Positions 12,691-25,640 of a stretch of DNA of 64,000 bases are shown here, one piece after another. The notes under the pieces were generated by a model that worked only from the letters and a program-made list of their open reading frames with translations, did no database searches and had not been told where the DNA came from. The position numbers were made by a program, and so were the translations under genes. Each line of letters begins with the position of its first letter. Positions within the stretch are counted from its first letter, which is position 1. Source of the stretch: Lama glama (Eukaryota); NCBI GenBank assembly GCA_028534125.1, contig CM052816.1, positions 57,600,001 to 57,664,000 on the forward strand, written 5' to 3'.

Positions 12691-13485
12691 TATTCTTTTT
12701 CATTATGGGTTATTACAGGGTATTGAATATAGTTCCCTATGTTATACTGTAGCACCTTGTTGTTTATTTTATATATAATAGTTAGTATCTGCAAATCTTG
12801 AACTCTCATTTTATCCCTCCCCACCCCCTTTCCTCCCTGGTAACCATAAGTTTGTCTGCTATGTCTGTGAGTCTGTTTCTATTTTGTAAATAAGTTCATT
12901 TGTGTCATTTTTTTAAGATTCCACATACAAAGTGATTATCATATGGTATTTTTCTTTCTCTTTCTGGCTTACTTCACTTAGTATGATAATCTCCATGTCC
13001 ATCCATGTTGCTGCAAATGGCATTATTTTATTCTTTTTTATGCCTGAGTAATATTCCATTTGAGATATATATATATATATATATATATATTCCACTCTGT
13101 GTGTGTGTATACACACACACACATCTATGTATCTTCTTTATCCAATCACCTGTTGATGGACGTTTAGGTTGCTTCCATGTCTTGGCAATTATATACAGTG
13201 CTGCTATGAACATTGGGGTGTGTGTATCTTTTTGAATTGGAGTTTTCTCTTGATATATGCCCAAGAGTGAGATTGATGGATCATATGGTAAGTCTATTTT
13301 CAGTTTTTTAAAGCATCTCTATACCGTTTTCCATTGAGTTGCACCAAATTACATTGCTACCAGCAGTGTAAGGGGGTTCTCTTTTCTCCACACCTTCCCC
13401 AGTATTTATTGTTTGTGGACTTTTTAATGTTGGCTATTCTGCCCAGTGTGAGGTGATTCCTCATTGTAATTTTCATTTGCATTTC
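12571..13485 (-). mobile_element. Lineage-specific 5'-truncated L1 (ORF2 C-terminus, 3' UTR and tail) with degenerate 14-bp TSD
   Basis: Minus-strand ORFs give PMFIAALYIIAKTWKQPKRPS and IKKNKIMPFAATWMDMEIIILSEVSQKEK, the L1 ORF2 C-terminus. T-rich tail at 12571-12590. TSD AGAGAAAGCATCTT (12557-12570) versus AGAAAGAGCATCTT (13486-13499). Internal (CA)n and (TA)n/(TG)n expansions break the frame. Confidence 0.95.
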
Positions 13486-13619
13486 AGAAAGAGCATCTTG
13501 CATTGGCCTTTGAGTGTAAAGGGGTGGCATGATTGTAGTTCTAGTTTCCTCATGACTCTGTGCAAGTCACTTAATCTTCCTGGGCAGCAGAATCCTCATT
13601 TTAAAATTGAGGTGTTTCC

Positions 13620-14277
13620 CTCATACATGGCTGGTAGGAATGTAAAATGGTACATCCCACTGTGGAAAATAGTCTGGTATTCCTCAGAAAATTAAACATG
13701 GAGTTACCATGTACCCCAGCAATTCCATACCTAAGAGAACTGAAAACATGTTCAAACAAAACTTGTACATGAATGCTCATAGCAACATTCTTCATAGTAA
13801 CCAAAAAAGTGGAAAAAACTCAATGTCCATAAACTGATGAAAGAATAAAAATGAATTTTTAAATGTGGTATATCCACACCGCAGAAACATTCAGCTGTAA
13901 AGAGGAATAAAGTGGATAAAAAGGATACAGGCCACAACATGGGTGAACTTGAAAACATGCTAGTGAAAGAAACCAGAGACAAAGGTCATATGTTGGAGTA
14001 TTTCATTGACATGAAATGTCTACAAGCAGGCAAATTCATAGAGAGAGAAAGTAGATAAGTGTTGGACAGGTGCTAGGGGAAGGGAGAAATGGGGAGTGAC
14101 TGCTTAGTTGGTACAGAGTTTCTTTTGGAGATGATAAAAATGTTCTAGAACTAGATTCTAGTCATGCACAACGCTGTGAATATACTTTTTAAAAAACCTA
14201 CTGAATTGTAGTATGCTTTAAAATGGTTAAAATTGTAAATCTTATGTTATATGAGTTTTATCTCAACTTAAAAAATG
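13620..14277 (+). mobile_element. L1MB-type 3' end
   Basis: GGTAGGAATGTAAAATGGTAC..., CCCAGCAATTCCATACCTA, GAACTTGAAAACATGCTAGTGAAAGAAACCAGA, GGTTAAAATTGTAAATCTTATGTTATATG, then an A tail. Confidence 0.9.
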
Positions 14278-14532
14278 AGAAAGTTAAACTCAAATGTCTC
14301 ATAGATTTCTTAAGCTCTAAGACCCTATAATTTACTGAAACCTCCCTAGCACATGATAGATGCTCAACAAATACCCAGCGAATTGAAGTGAAAGAGATAC
14401 TGGAGTATGATTCTTTGGATGAGAGATAATACTTTCCTACATGTAGAGATATTTGTATCAGATGACATCTTCAGGGTATTAATATGATATAACTTGAGGG
14501 GAAGAATCACCTTTAAATGAATGCACTTCATC

Positions 14533-15506
14533 CATTGTGTGCTAGTAAATGTTTAACAACCAGCTCTCTAGGGAAAAAGAAAATATCCAATATGTACGCA
14601 TGTAAATTTATTGTAAATTTTACTGATTTAAAGGATGCATAGCACACAATTTACAAATAATAATAAAATATATAATACTCTTTACTGTAAATTCCATATA
14701 GCCAACTGATGCTCATAGAATGTTTTAATCAATTTTTGCTGAACTCTTCTATCTGCAGCCAAGCTATGGTTGCAATTGAACCATGATTTAACAAATGGAG
14801 TTGCATCCCAATCTTCTTACTTTTTTCCCCAATCAATTTATCATCATTTCTCTGATGTGTAATCTGTTGTTAAACTATTTCTTACCCCTGTACAGATTAC
14901 ATCCATTAAACTGAAACCCCTTTCAGCTTTGGCACTAGTCATGTCAGAATTTCACTTATTTATCAAAAATGTTAGCAATTTCTTTGCTGAATTGGGTTAT
15001 AGTTTTTGAATACTGGAAGAAAATTTCCTCAATTTTTGTGTGTGTTCTTCACAGAACAATGTCTATAGAATGACAGCTTTTAAGTTTAATCTACATTATT
15101 AACATTTTCTCTATCTTTTTTGTAAGTCTAGACAAACGATACATCAAGCCCTGAGTTATAGCATTTTCTGATTTCCTTAGTGCAAGTACTCCCATCATGA
15201 CTGATTTCAAGCTACCAAAGTGACAGCACTGAACACAGAATGCGGGGAGAAGCGCAGTAGCTCTCCCTTTCATTCTGCTGGGCCAATAGACATAAATCAC
15301 CCAGAGAGCTCAGATAACAGTAAAATAATTACACAATAATGAGTTTTAAATATTTATCACCTCTGTTTTTAATAAAACATATTTAATTATGTTCATATGA
15401 TTTTATTTTTTAATAATGGCTGTGTTTATCAACCAGCTCTTAAAATTCCAGGAAATTTAACGTAGGTTCTCATGAGCTAGTGCAAGCTGGCTTCAGCACA
15501 CCAGTG
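14533..15506 (-). mobile_element. Long MER63 (C/D-type) hAT-Blackjack DNA transposon with both termini
   Basis: The minus strand starts CACTGGTGTGCTGAAGCCAGC...TTAAATTTCCTGGAATTTTAAGAGCTGGTTGATAAACACAGCCATTATTAAAAA; the opposite end is CATTGTGTGCTAGTAAATGTTTAACAACCAGCTCTC. Confidence 0.85.
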
Positions 15507-15607
15507 GTCATTATGATACTTTTTTCAGTTTAAGACCCCACCAGAAACTTTATAAATATACTCTCCTAGAGATTTCAGCACTCTTCTAAGAGCAGATTCT
15601 TTAGCTT

Positions 15608-15830
15608 AGTGTTTCTTAAACTTTGTGCTTTGGACTATTTCCCTCTTGTGATTGTAAAAGGCACTCTACATTGAGAAAAATGGAGAGGGGTGGCATTCAA
15701 GGAAGTTTTGAGAAATGTAGGACTTCTCAGAGTCTGTAATATGCTAGCACACATTTTGAATCTTCCGGAAGAGTATATAGTACTCAAATATCATATTTAT
15801 TTAGCATAATATAATTTAGAAAATGCAGCT
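15608..15830. mobile_element. Old hAT-Charlie-type element; a related copy lies in the opposite orientation at 43230-43460
   Basis: AGTGTTTCTTAAACTT terminus; GGACTTCTCAGAGTCTGTAATATGCTA is roughly the reverse complement of TAGCATTTTAAAACTCCAAGAAGTCC at ~43348. Confidence 0.5.
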
Positions 15831-16239
15831 AAACCATGAATGGACTTTTAAGAACATTGCAGCTTCACCACAGCAGTCTTTGTATTGCTCCCCAGCACTG
15901 TTGAGCCCCACCCACCACACCCCTACAGTGAAAATTAAGACTCCCTCCACTAGATCCCACACCTCTCCATGATCCTTTGCCCCACTCGTAGGGATCTGGG
16001 GGTCAGCCTGAATGGATCATGAAGTTAGTGAACACTTGTGTTACCACCTTATTATTCTCTTAGGACAGAGGCCTGATCACACAGGTTCCAAGGAGTCTGT
16101 GGTCCCTATATCTCCGTGGGGACTGATACATCCTTATCTGGAACTCCTCTTCATCCTAATATGTAGAGGTGCATGTGCAGAGGAGGTGGTGGGGGAAACT
16201 GGGTCCCCCAGTGCCATCCTAGGCTAGTTTACATTCATA

Positions 16240-16720
16240 TCTTTTCCTTGCTCTTCCCCTGCTTTGCTGTGTAGCACAGGTGGGGGTTGGGGGCTTGAGA
16301 AGTCAGGGAAGGGGGATGAGGGGGTGGGCACCAATCCTTGCAGGTTCTACTTTCCAACTCTTCTGTTTACTGACTCCCAGTTAGGTTTGGTCTCTGGTGA
16401 GAGATTGAAGGGAGGGAGGGCGGGAGGGAGATGCCATGATATTTGCTCTCTACTTCTGCCTTGGACAGTGTCTCTGGCAGTGCCTGCTACTTCTCCATTG
16501 TTCTGCTCCTGCAGGACCATCCATTTCTTCTTGGTTCCATTTATTGCCTTTGGTCCCAACTTCTGGATTCAGGAACCTGGCTTCCCACTGTTGTCTTTCT
16601 AGCCTAGAAGTAGTAGATACTTTATGCAACTGCTCATTTCTGGGTGGCCTCACTGTCTTTTCTTTGGCTTCTCAGCCCTTCCATCACCCGCTGTAGCAGA
16701 CACTGGGGTACCCTACCCTT
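16240..16720 (-). mobile_element. LTR33-like ERVL LTR
   Basis: CTAGAAGTAGTAGATACTTTATGCAACTGCTCATTTCTGGGTGGCCTCACTGTC resembles antisense LTR33. Confidence 0.45.
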
Positions 16721-16759
16721 ATCCTCTGGTATTCACTTTTACAAGCCAAGGCTGCTTAA

Positions 16760-17120
16760 TGGAACACCTGAGATTCACTGGCCAAGTCTAGGTCTGGCCA
16801 TTGGAGCATGCTCAGCCTGTGTTTAGTGCAAGCTGGAGAATGAATGTACCCAGAAGTAGCCACAACTCAGAAGGAGTGTTGATAAAGAAATACCTCAGCT
16901 TCCTTCCCCTGGGGGTGGGGCCACAAAGTTCCCAGGGTTCCCTGGGATTGGGCTCTCTTTCCACACTGGGAATATGCTTAGTAATAGACCCTTTAGACTG
17001 GTTTCTTTCCCTTGCCCATCCCACTACTTCTCTACTTGTATTTCCTGGGATCACCTCCCCATGAAACTGCCTGCACTAGGATCCTTGTCTCTGGGTCTCC
17101 CGGGGACCCCAAACAAGAAC
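16760..17120 (+). mobile_element. LTR16C-like ERVL LTR
   Basis: 3' end TTCCTGGGATCACCTCCCCATGAAACTGCCTGCACTAGGATCCTTGTCTCTGGGTCTCCCGGGGACCCCAAAC. Confidence 0.75.
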
Positions 17121-20100
17121 CTTTGTCATTTACTGCCTGCATTAAGTCATCTCTGCTTTAGGTACTTGGGTGGTTTCTGTTTCCTTGGTGTTTTCAGGCG
17201 CTAACTGACACACCTGCCCTCTAACATAGGACCGCTGCGGTAGCCCACCTTTCTACTTTTCTACTAGGGAGGAGACCTAGTAGGCCACTGTGCCTTAGTG
17301 CAGCCCTCAAAGCTAGGCCTGGGGCAAATTATGTACATAAGAGGCAAATAATCCCCATGACCGTTATGTATGACATCATTTTACAACTCTGCAAGGCTGA
17401 TGGAAAAGTTTGAATACAGCCTGTTTTGATTGTAGACTTTTTCAGATACTGTTCTATGGTGATTCTTCTAGAAGACACATCTTAATGCTCATCTTACTTT
17501 TTTGTTTCTCAGGATTAAATATGCCCAATCTAGTTCTCTGGTACATGAGCACCTGCCAAAGCAGGGAGTCATGAAGAGCCTTCCAGTGGGTTTGCTCAGT
17601 GCTGGAGTACTCAGCAGTTGGGCAACTCATGATTTTATGGCACCAAACAAAGAATATTGGAGGCGAATCTATATGTGATGTTTCAGAACATAAGTAGTCA
17701 TTATGAGAAAAAGCCCCAGAATTTTCTTGCACTTCATTAGGTTTGTTTTATGGGTTAGCATTGTGTTTGTCTTATACAACACCTGTGCATCACATTGTAT
17801 GATTATCAGATCGATACACAGCCCTGTGTGAATGATGCCCTGTGGAGCTGTGTGATGTGGCAGCTCTGAGAGAAGGAGACACAAGCATGATTTTGATGCT
17901 GATGGCCTCCACAGATTTCAACCTGGTCTTAGATCTTTAACGTACATGGGAAGTCAAAATCAAGACATTACCCATGACTGCATGGCAACCTGAGGAGGTC
18001 AAAGGAAGCAGAGATCTAGAAAAAAAACAACATCAACAACAACAAGGTATCTGTGGAAAAAGAACCCCTGTGGCCAAAGGGGAAGCAGGCTTGGTGAGAT
18101 GTACCAAAGAAAATCTCCTGTTTGGAGTGTTAGCATGGGAAGAGGCTGAGGAGGAGAGAGGGCCCTTGGCTCACATAGCCAACTGCAGGCAGAAGAGAAA
18201 AATAACATGATTAGCATGTTTCTCTCCTTCCCTCGATTAAGATTACAGAAGTAGGCAATATGCTATTTGTGCAGAAAGGCCACTGGGAAGGAGGAAAGAA
18301 GCATCTGTTCTGAGAAACTGCTGTTTAAAAATGCAAGAAGTACACAAAGCAAAGTAGGAGTGCTCCATAGGGCAAGCCACTGGCTCAGAAAGCAGGGAGA
18401 ACCAGAGGGGCACCCTTTGAGAAGCCTCAGGCTGCCCCGAATCCCAGCAGTGGGGCTCTGTGGTCCCTTAGAGGGCCTACCGGTCTTTCTACCTGGTGGC
18501 TCATGGTGGCGATCCTTGCCTCTGACGTCTGGCTAAGGGTCACCCTCCATCAAGGGAGAAGCGTCACCCTACCCTCTACCTCTGGCCAACCATTCTCACC
18601 CTCACTGACCAGTGTTGCCCATTTTCAGAATGAGTTGCAGGGCCCACCCTCATACCTTCTCCTCTGTTCTCTGCCCAAGGGGTGATGGTAACTACTTTTG
18701 ATGGAAAAATAAGGTAAGCCAGTGTCTCCAGTGAGATGAGGTCATTCTGAACCCCCCAAGTTTAAAGGGCCTGCATGTATCTAGAAGAATCAGGAACCTA
18801 ATTCAAAGGTGCCAGCAAAATGGCCTGCCAGCTGGACCAAATTATCTGAGGCCCTAAGAGTTCTGCTGGGCCCCTAAACCCTCCCTTTCTGAGGGGAAGC
18901 AGTCAGGTACAAAGCAAGCTCTCCTATCAGGCACCTCTGGCTGCCTTTGATACTCAAGTTCACTACCACAAAGGCTGTTGATCAGAAGGGATGTAGTGTG
19001 AGCCAAGGCCATACCTTTCCAAGGGCATGTATATTCCACCTTGGTTAATTTGTAGACAAGACTAGGTTGAAAGCGTGTGTGGACAGCAGCCGTCTGTGCA
19101 TTCCTTGTGCGATTAGTTGAAAGCTGTTCCCACAGTAGATACTCAGACACATTTGAATTGGTCTTCTCCTAGTTAAAGTAAACCAACCTTGCAAGTAAGA
19201 ACAGAAAATGAATAGTCTTTTTCCAGAGTCCCCGGGGTCTTTTTTCCCCTACTCACCTGGTAGAAAGGATCATTTTCAACCTATTTGCTCACAGTAAAAT
19301 GGAAGTAATAATACAACTTTTTTACAAGGGTTTAATGAAGGCAGACATATAAAACAGCAGAGCATGTAATGATTACTGTTACTATAATAATAATATAATA
19401 ATAATATATTATTATATATTAATATTATTATTATTATTATTTCTGAAATGAAGCATATTTTCTCTTGGAATTCTGTGAGCAAGATGACAGCCGCCTGGCC
19501 CTTCCCTCTGAAAGAGAGGAGGGCACCAGACCAATGTGGCTGACACAGAAGGAACCCCGTGGTAGTGACACTGATATTCCATCCGCTCTTGGCAGCCATT
19601 TGTCAGTGACTAAGCATTTGCGTTCCATAGCTTGTCTGCAAGTCCAGTGGTATCCACAGACACATGTCTTTCCTTCTCTTATCAGCCTGGCCAACCAGTG
19701 TTAATTCCTTGAGAGAAGTACAGCCTGCAGCCCTGCCTTGGGTTTGGATGGGCACTCCTATGTGCTTGCGGCTTGCTTTTAGCTCAGGACAACTTATTCT
19801 CAGGTCCCAGGCTGCAGAGATGATTAGCAATTGTAAAGGAAAAACTTGGTATACTTGTGCCCTGTAAGGCCACAGCACCCACACCCGGCCCCGAGCTTCA
19901 CCTAGTCTGGGAAGTTTAAGAGGCAGGTGGTCAGCCAGGATGACTTTGGTTCTATGACCTGACTTGCCAAAAAGGCCTTTGCTGAATTATATTTTAATGT
20001 TGTGTCCTAGTCTTTTAAAATCAAGGGTTAATGCAATAACAGTCACTTGAGGAGTGTTTATGGGTGTTTTACAAAATGCCTCACAGAACGTTCTATTATT

Positions 20101-20723
20101 ATTGCCAGCGTTGATTTCCTTAGTCCTAGCTCTGGTAATAATAGCTTCTATTTGTAATGTGTTTAGTGGGGCATGTCACATTATAGATGAATAAATGAGG
20201 TAAAAGAGCTGAAGTGATGATGTGAGGCCAAGCTGAGCCTCAGGCCAGGTGTTCCAGGTGTGGGAGCCCTATAAGCTGCCCTCCCTTTGGACCTTACTGG
20301 CTAGCACACTGTTTTATGTATAATAACCCATGTGATAAAATCCTCTAAGAATTAGGGCCAGACAAAAGCCTAATCACCTGCGTCCTTGTATCAGATAATG
20401 TTTTCTTTTAGCTTGGGGCTGCCAAGCAGTTCAGAAACAAAGCTTTGTTTGTCTGAAAAGCCACAACCACATGGCTTTTAGAATTCAAACTTCCTCATCC
20501 TTTTCTATATCTTTTGAATTTCTACTTCTATTTTAATGGATTGATTGTGCTTTTTATTTTATGCCATTTCAGTTCTTTTGGGAAGTAAATGAGGAATACA
20601 TTTTAAGAAAGACAAATCAATTGGCCATTTCAGTTTTACCCAGTAGGAAAAAGAACCACAGAACTTTTCCTTAATTCCAGATGTTTTGCTACTCTGCTTT
20701 CCAGGGAAAGATCTTTTCAGAGT

Positions 20724-20900
20724 AACGTTGCCAGATAAAACACAGTAGAACTTAAACTTTTCATAAATAATAAATAAGTTTTAGTATACATATGTCCCAA
20801 ATGTTGCATACTAATTTTTATACTAAAATGATTTATTATATATCTGAAATTCAAATTTACCTGGACGTCCTGTATTTTATCTGCTAAGGCTGGCAACTCA
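20724..20900 (+). mobile_element. MER53 palindromic hAT MITE
   Basis: GTTGCCAGATAAAACACAG...TATGTCCCAAATGTTGCAT...ATCTGAAATTCAAATTTACCTGGACGTCCTGTATTTTATCTGCTAAGGCTGGCAAC, with inverted termini. Confidence 0.9.
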
Positions 20901-22611
20901 AATTCAGAGTGAGAGATGCTTGCTTTTGCACCTATGCATAGGATAGCTAACAATACAGGTGCAAAATTTGAACAAGTTTATAATAATAGTTTAAAACCCC
21001 CCAAATGAGGTAGAAATCTTTAAAGTCAGATTTTGAATGACTGGCCTTTGGAAACCTTTAGGTTCACTGGCTACAAATTCACTGTCTACCCCAGAGGCAT
21101 CAAGCTCTCCTCAGGCTGGATCTGACTGCAGCTTGGGACCCGTGAAGACCATGTGGAGCTGCCTATGGTTTCCTAAGAACTGTTGAGCAGCACTTGGCTG
21201 GGTCAGCCTTCCTACGATGTGCCAATATAAGTTTTGGTCAGTTTTCCCAATCTTTGATTTGGAACATTGCAAATTTAACTCCTAACTCCATGTAAAAGAG
21301 GCCAAATTCTTTCTCTACTCAATCAAAAACGTCTGCCAGTGATTTCTGGGATCCCTGGGGTTATTTTATAGGTGCTCCCCTCATGGTGGTCTATAGCCCT
21401 CATCCACATAAGGGTGCCTGGCTGCTGCAGCACGGGTCAGCGAGCAAAGTGGGCATGGCTGCTGGCTTCCTCTACCATGGGGCCCCTAAACGTAATCCCA
21501 AAAGATGACTTCATGGCCCTACATTTTCTTCAGCCTCACCTTCCTGCTGTCCAGGGGGAAATGGAGAGGATCATCCTTCCTGTGCTCTGTCCTGCTGCTA
21601 ATATGGGGGCCTGAAGCAGCTCTGCTTGGCTTCCACCAGCGATCAAGGGCTTCAAGACCACAGCTCCTTCTGCCTCTTCCTGAAGTCCTCTCCACAGGGC
21701 TTAAATGACCCATCCCTGGGGGCCTGGTGGGGGACAGACACTTCATGTTTGCTTTCTTTCCCCCAGAGAGCAGAGCTCAAATCTTCCTCTGAATAACAGG
21801 AAAAGCCCTTATGCAAATCAGCTTGATATGGACTGGTCTTGAAGCTTTCCCAACAGTTTGCTAGACACGCTTAAGCGTAACTGAAATTCAATGGGGAGCA
21901 GACCCTAAAGCTTATCCTGTGATCCCCTTGGCACAAATCATATCTGACAAGAGGACACTGGTAGGCCTTAGAGAAGACTGTGGTTGTGATCTTAATCTGC
22001 TTAAATCTGTGTTTCAGCGACATTGGTACAAGGGGACATTAGGCTGCCTGTCAGACGTTATTTCCCTTTCCTCTTGATGCTGCTCTTTTGGGAACACGAC
22101 GTCCCAGATTTCTCAAGTTTCTCAGGGGATAGAGTGGTATACCAGCATCTGACAATCAGAGCTGCTGCATGAGTGATCCTGTGTCTGGGGGCAAAGTGTC
22201 TGGCTGAGTCAGGGTGTGTGCTCCCCACTGAAGACAATCAGTGGTTAAAACCAGGCCTTTATACGACACTCCACATGACCTCTCCTTTTTCTCCTGTACT
22301 CTTCCCTCTTTCCTCTTGTACAGGTGATGGATGCTGGTGCCTGCAGAACACTTAGAAATGCCTTCTCCACAAGCCAGAGCTTCACTTCTCAGCATGGTGC
22401 TCTGGCCTGGCTTTGCCCTGCAAGTGTCCCTGGGTGTCTTTGTTCTATGTTAAATTCTGATCTAAAGGCACTGAAAGGGACAGACACATGATGCATTTGT
22501 CCTTCCTAAGGAAGGCACCTCTGATTTTCTCAGTGTGGGTACTCAGATGAATCTGCAGCCTCAATAATAATACATGTGCCATAACCACTAGATCAAACAT
22601 TTCTGGATGAC

Positions 22612-23030
22612 AAGTTCCCCAAAAGCAGTTCCTGAAACAAGGATTTGGGTGTAAGTACTTTATTTAGAAAATGATCCTAAGAAGCACAGTGAGCAAGTAA
22701 GGATGTGAGACAGGGAACGGAGGAGAGACAATAGGAGGAGCATTGACAACATGCTTGCTATGGGTTCTAGAACTGGGGCTCAGTTCTGTTGGGGGGCCTT
22801 GGATAGTCTGCAAAGAGTATACCTCACATTGTCCCACCAAAGTGCAAGGAAGCTGGGGTATTTACCCACTAACTTCCTCCCCTCATGGGCTGAGGGATGC
22901 TCCTGTGCATGGGCCAAGAATGCCAGGGCCAAAGAACACCCTGACGCACAGAGAGGCTGGAAGCCCCTGGCCTGGATGGGACCTGTCTGCAAGTGACTTC
23001 CAGGATGACTAGACCCAGAGTGGGCTGTGG
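22612..23030 (-). mobile_element. LTR16-family ERVL LTR
   Basis: GTTCCCCAAAAGCAGTTCCTGAAACAAGGATTTGGGTGTAAGTACTTTATTTAGAAAATGATCC is the antisense LTR16 U5. Confidence 0.7.
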
Positions 23031-23559
23031 ACGGCGGTGGCTGCCAAGACTGTACTTTCTTCCTGCTACATTCTTATCATCTAGACAGTGCCTGGCACTT
23101 CATAAATTTTCAATAACCATTAATTGGATGAGCAGATGAATGAATAAGGAGCACATATGCACAAATACAGCTTAATGGTTCAGCAAATGCTGCACAATTT
23201 TCAAAAACCATTTGAGACCCTTTGAAACCAGCTCAAATGTCAGTGACAGTGATTAGTAGTGGACAGGTCAAGATAATCATGCTTCATGGAGAAGAACCCT
23301 CAAGGCCATCAAATCCAAAACCAAGAGAAGAAGTCTCCCTGTAAAGCACCTTGGAAATGATAACGTGGATGTAAATAGAAGATACCATTATATTACTACC
23401 TCTTTTCCTGAATGTTTCTGAGCACAGGGGATTCAGAACTCCTCTGTGCTGCCCATCTCACTATGTTGCTTTGGTAGTTAGACAAGTTTTTTGTTTGTTT
23501 GTTTTTTAAATATTGAACCACAATTTGTGTCCTAATTGCTCATTTGTTTCCAACGGCTT

Positions 23560-23975
23560 CAAATTCCAGCTTTATCACTGTTAGCTCTGAGATTGTGGTT
23601 TAGTGGCTCCTGGTTTCTGTGTATTGTCTCCCTCGTCTGTATAGCTGATACACTGTACAGCTAATATACTGTACAGCTTTGTGCATAAGAGCTGGACTCT
23701 GATTTCCAACTACATTGTTCCAATTCAGGCTCCACCATTACTAGCTTGACTTAGAATGGGTTTCCTTAACCTCTCCATACCTTCGTCTCCTGATCTGCAA
23801 GACAGGTTTAATAACAGTACCTAACTCATGGGGTTGTTGTAAAGCACTTAGTAAGTGATATATGTGTTATTATTTATCACTTAGGGGTGTTGTAGATAGG
23901 AAACAAGATAATACACGTAAAGCTTATGTAGAGCTTAGTGCCTGATATGGGCTCCATAAATATCAGTCATTATTT
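23560..23975 (+). mobile_element. Nested MIR SINE fragments
   Basis: MIR core motifs CAGGCTCCACCATTACTAGCT, CTTAACCTCTC, ATAACAGTACCTAACTCATGGGGTTGTTGT, AATACACGTAAAGC. Confidence 0.75.
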
Positions 23976-24759
23976 TATTTTAACTGCAGCAATATTAAAG
24001 TACTTTGTCAATTATTTGTTCCTCCTGCTTCCTCTTTTCCAGCTAAACATCCATTCCTCCTAGCATGCATGCTTAAGTTTCCATCCATATCTACAATCTG
24101 ACTTGTGCAAATGTGGTGTGACCAGCATCCTGTCCTCCACATGTTGATGGGCAGCATAAAATTGCTGTGGTTCCATGAGGTATATCCTTTTAACTTTCTT
24201 CACAATCACTCACACAGCAATTTTCACCAGCAAACGGCATCTACTTAAAATATGTACCAAAAAAACCGAAAAGTAAGACTGCACCTTATAGTTCCTGCTA
24301 GGTCTGCAGAAACCAATTTTATCTTTTGGTCAAAAAGCCTCATTATTTTTTTCCATCAAATACTGCTCCATTAGCCCAGTTTCAAAACAAACAACAGAAC
24401 CTATGTTAGGAACTGATAGAGAGATTGCATGCAAGACTGAGTTAGATTATGGTTGAATTGTGAGATTATGGGAGAGGAGGAAGGTATGAATGACAAAAAA
24501 GAAAGAGAGAAAGTTGAGATTCTGGTGCAGGGTCATGTTGCAGAAATGAGGTTTCAGGATTCAACTTGAACAAGCTTCTCCTGTGGCTACATCCTGGACA
24601 CTACATTAGCTTTCTCTGAGTCCTAATCACCAGTCATCCTTTAGATCTCCTTTTCACCAGCTTTTTGATCTCTGAGGCCTTGAACCTTTGGCTTTATTGA
24701 CTGCAGTCCCCATCCCGTGCTCCCACCTCCACAAGACCTCAGGGTGTCACCCTGATTGA

Positions 24760-25640
24760 CTTCTTATGCTTCTAGTAGCTCTTTTTCAAGTTCCTTCATG
24801 GTCCTACCTTAGATCTTAACAATTTAACAACCTCCTCTAGTCACTCCCTCTATATCCATTCTTGGGTATTCGCAATGACATCTATGCCTTCAACTACCAT
24901 CCATACTCTCACAACCCCGAAGTCCAAATCCCTACTCCAAACTTCCCTCTTCTCTTTGCGATTGGCCCACACATTTATAATTCTAATTCTAACTAGATAC
25001 TTTTATCTAGACTCCTCAAAACTGAAAATGTCCAACATGAAATTCTTTACCTCCTCCCACTCCCAGCCTCTTCATCTTGCTGCATTTCCTATTTTGGATC
25101 ATGACACAACTATCCAAGCCTGAAATCTAGAGGTCGTTGTAGATCCCCTTCTCCTCCACTCCAGAGAGGTCCCACTGATTGTATTTATTACATATCTCTT
25201 GCATCAGTCTTGTCTCTCCCTTGGCCCTTGGCATTGCCATTATTTAGCCATTTCCCCACCTGGACCATTTCAACAGCTTCCAAAAGATCTCCCTGCTATC
25301 ATTATCTCTCCACCCTTTTTCTCTTTCTATCTCCAGCCTCCACATGGCCTTCAGAGTCATCTTCCTAAGCTCAGATGTTATCGTCCTCTCTGACGTGGCA
25401 TTTATAGCTCTTCATCAACTGGACTCTCCTTACCTCTCCAGCTATTTGTTAATACTTAAGGATTAATATTTTATCTGTTGAAATTAACCAATTAAAATAT
25501 TTATTGAACATCTATGTGCTTAAGATTATGTTAGGCTTTGGAGGACCACATGATCTTCAACTTCTAAGAGCTTTCAAAACTAACATGAAAAGAATTACTG
25601 CATAATTAAGTGCTTAATTGTGTGGTGTAGACAAAAAGCA
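24760..25640. mobile_element. L2 LINE fragments
   Basis: Pyrimidine-rich degenerate L2 3' sequence (CTCAAAACTGAAAATGTCCAACATGAAATTC, CCAAGCCTGAAATCTAGAGGTC) and AAATATTTATTGAACATCTATGTGC. Confidence 0.65.

Noticed and set aside
12913..13264. ORFs with protein-like sequence (PMFIAAL..., MPFAATWMDME...)
   Set aside because: Broken L1 ORF2 C-terminus within a truncated insertion
19383..19440. AT-only near-palindrome (ATAATAATATATTATTAT)
   Set aside because: A simple-repeat MIR tail, far shorter than palindromic AT-rich repeats with known effects
23643..23678. Short tandem duplication AGCTGATACACTGTAC / AGCTAATATACTGTAC
   Set aside because: Two copies of a ~16-bp unit between MIR fragments; ordinary slippage, not an array
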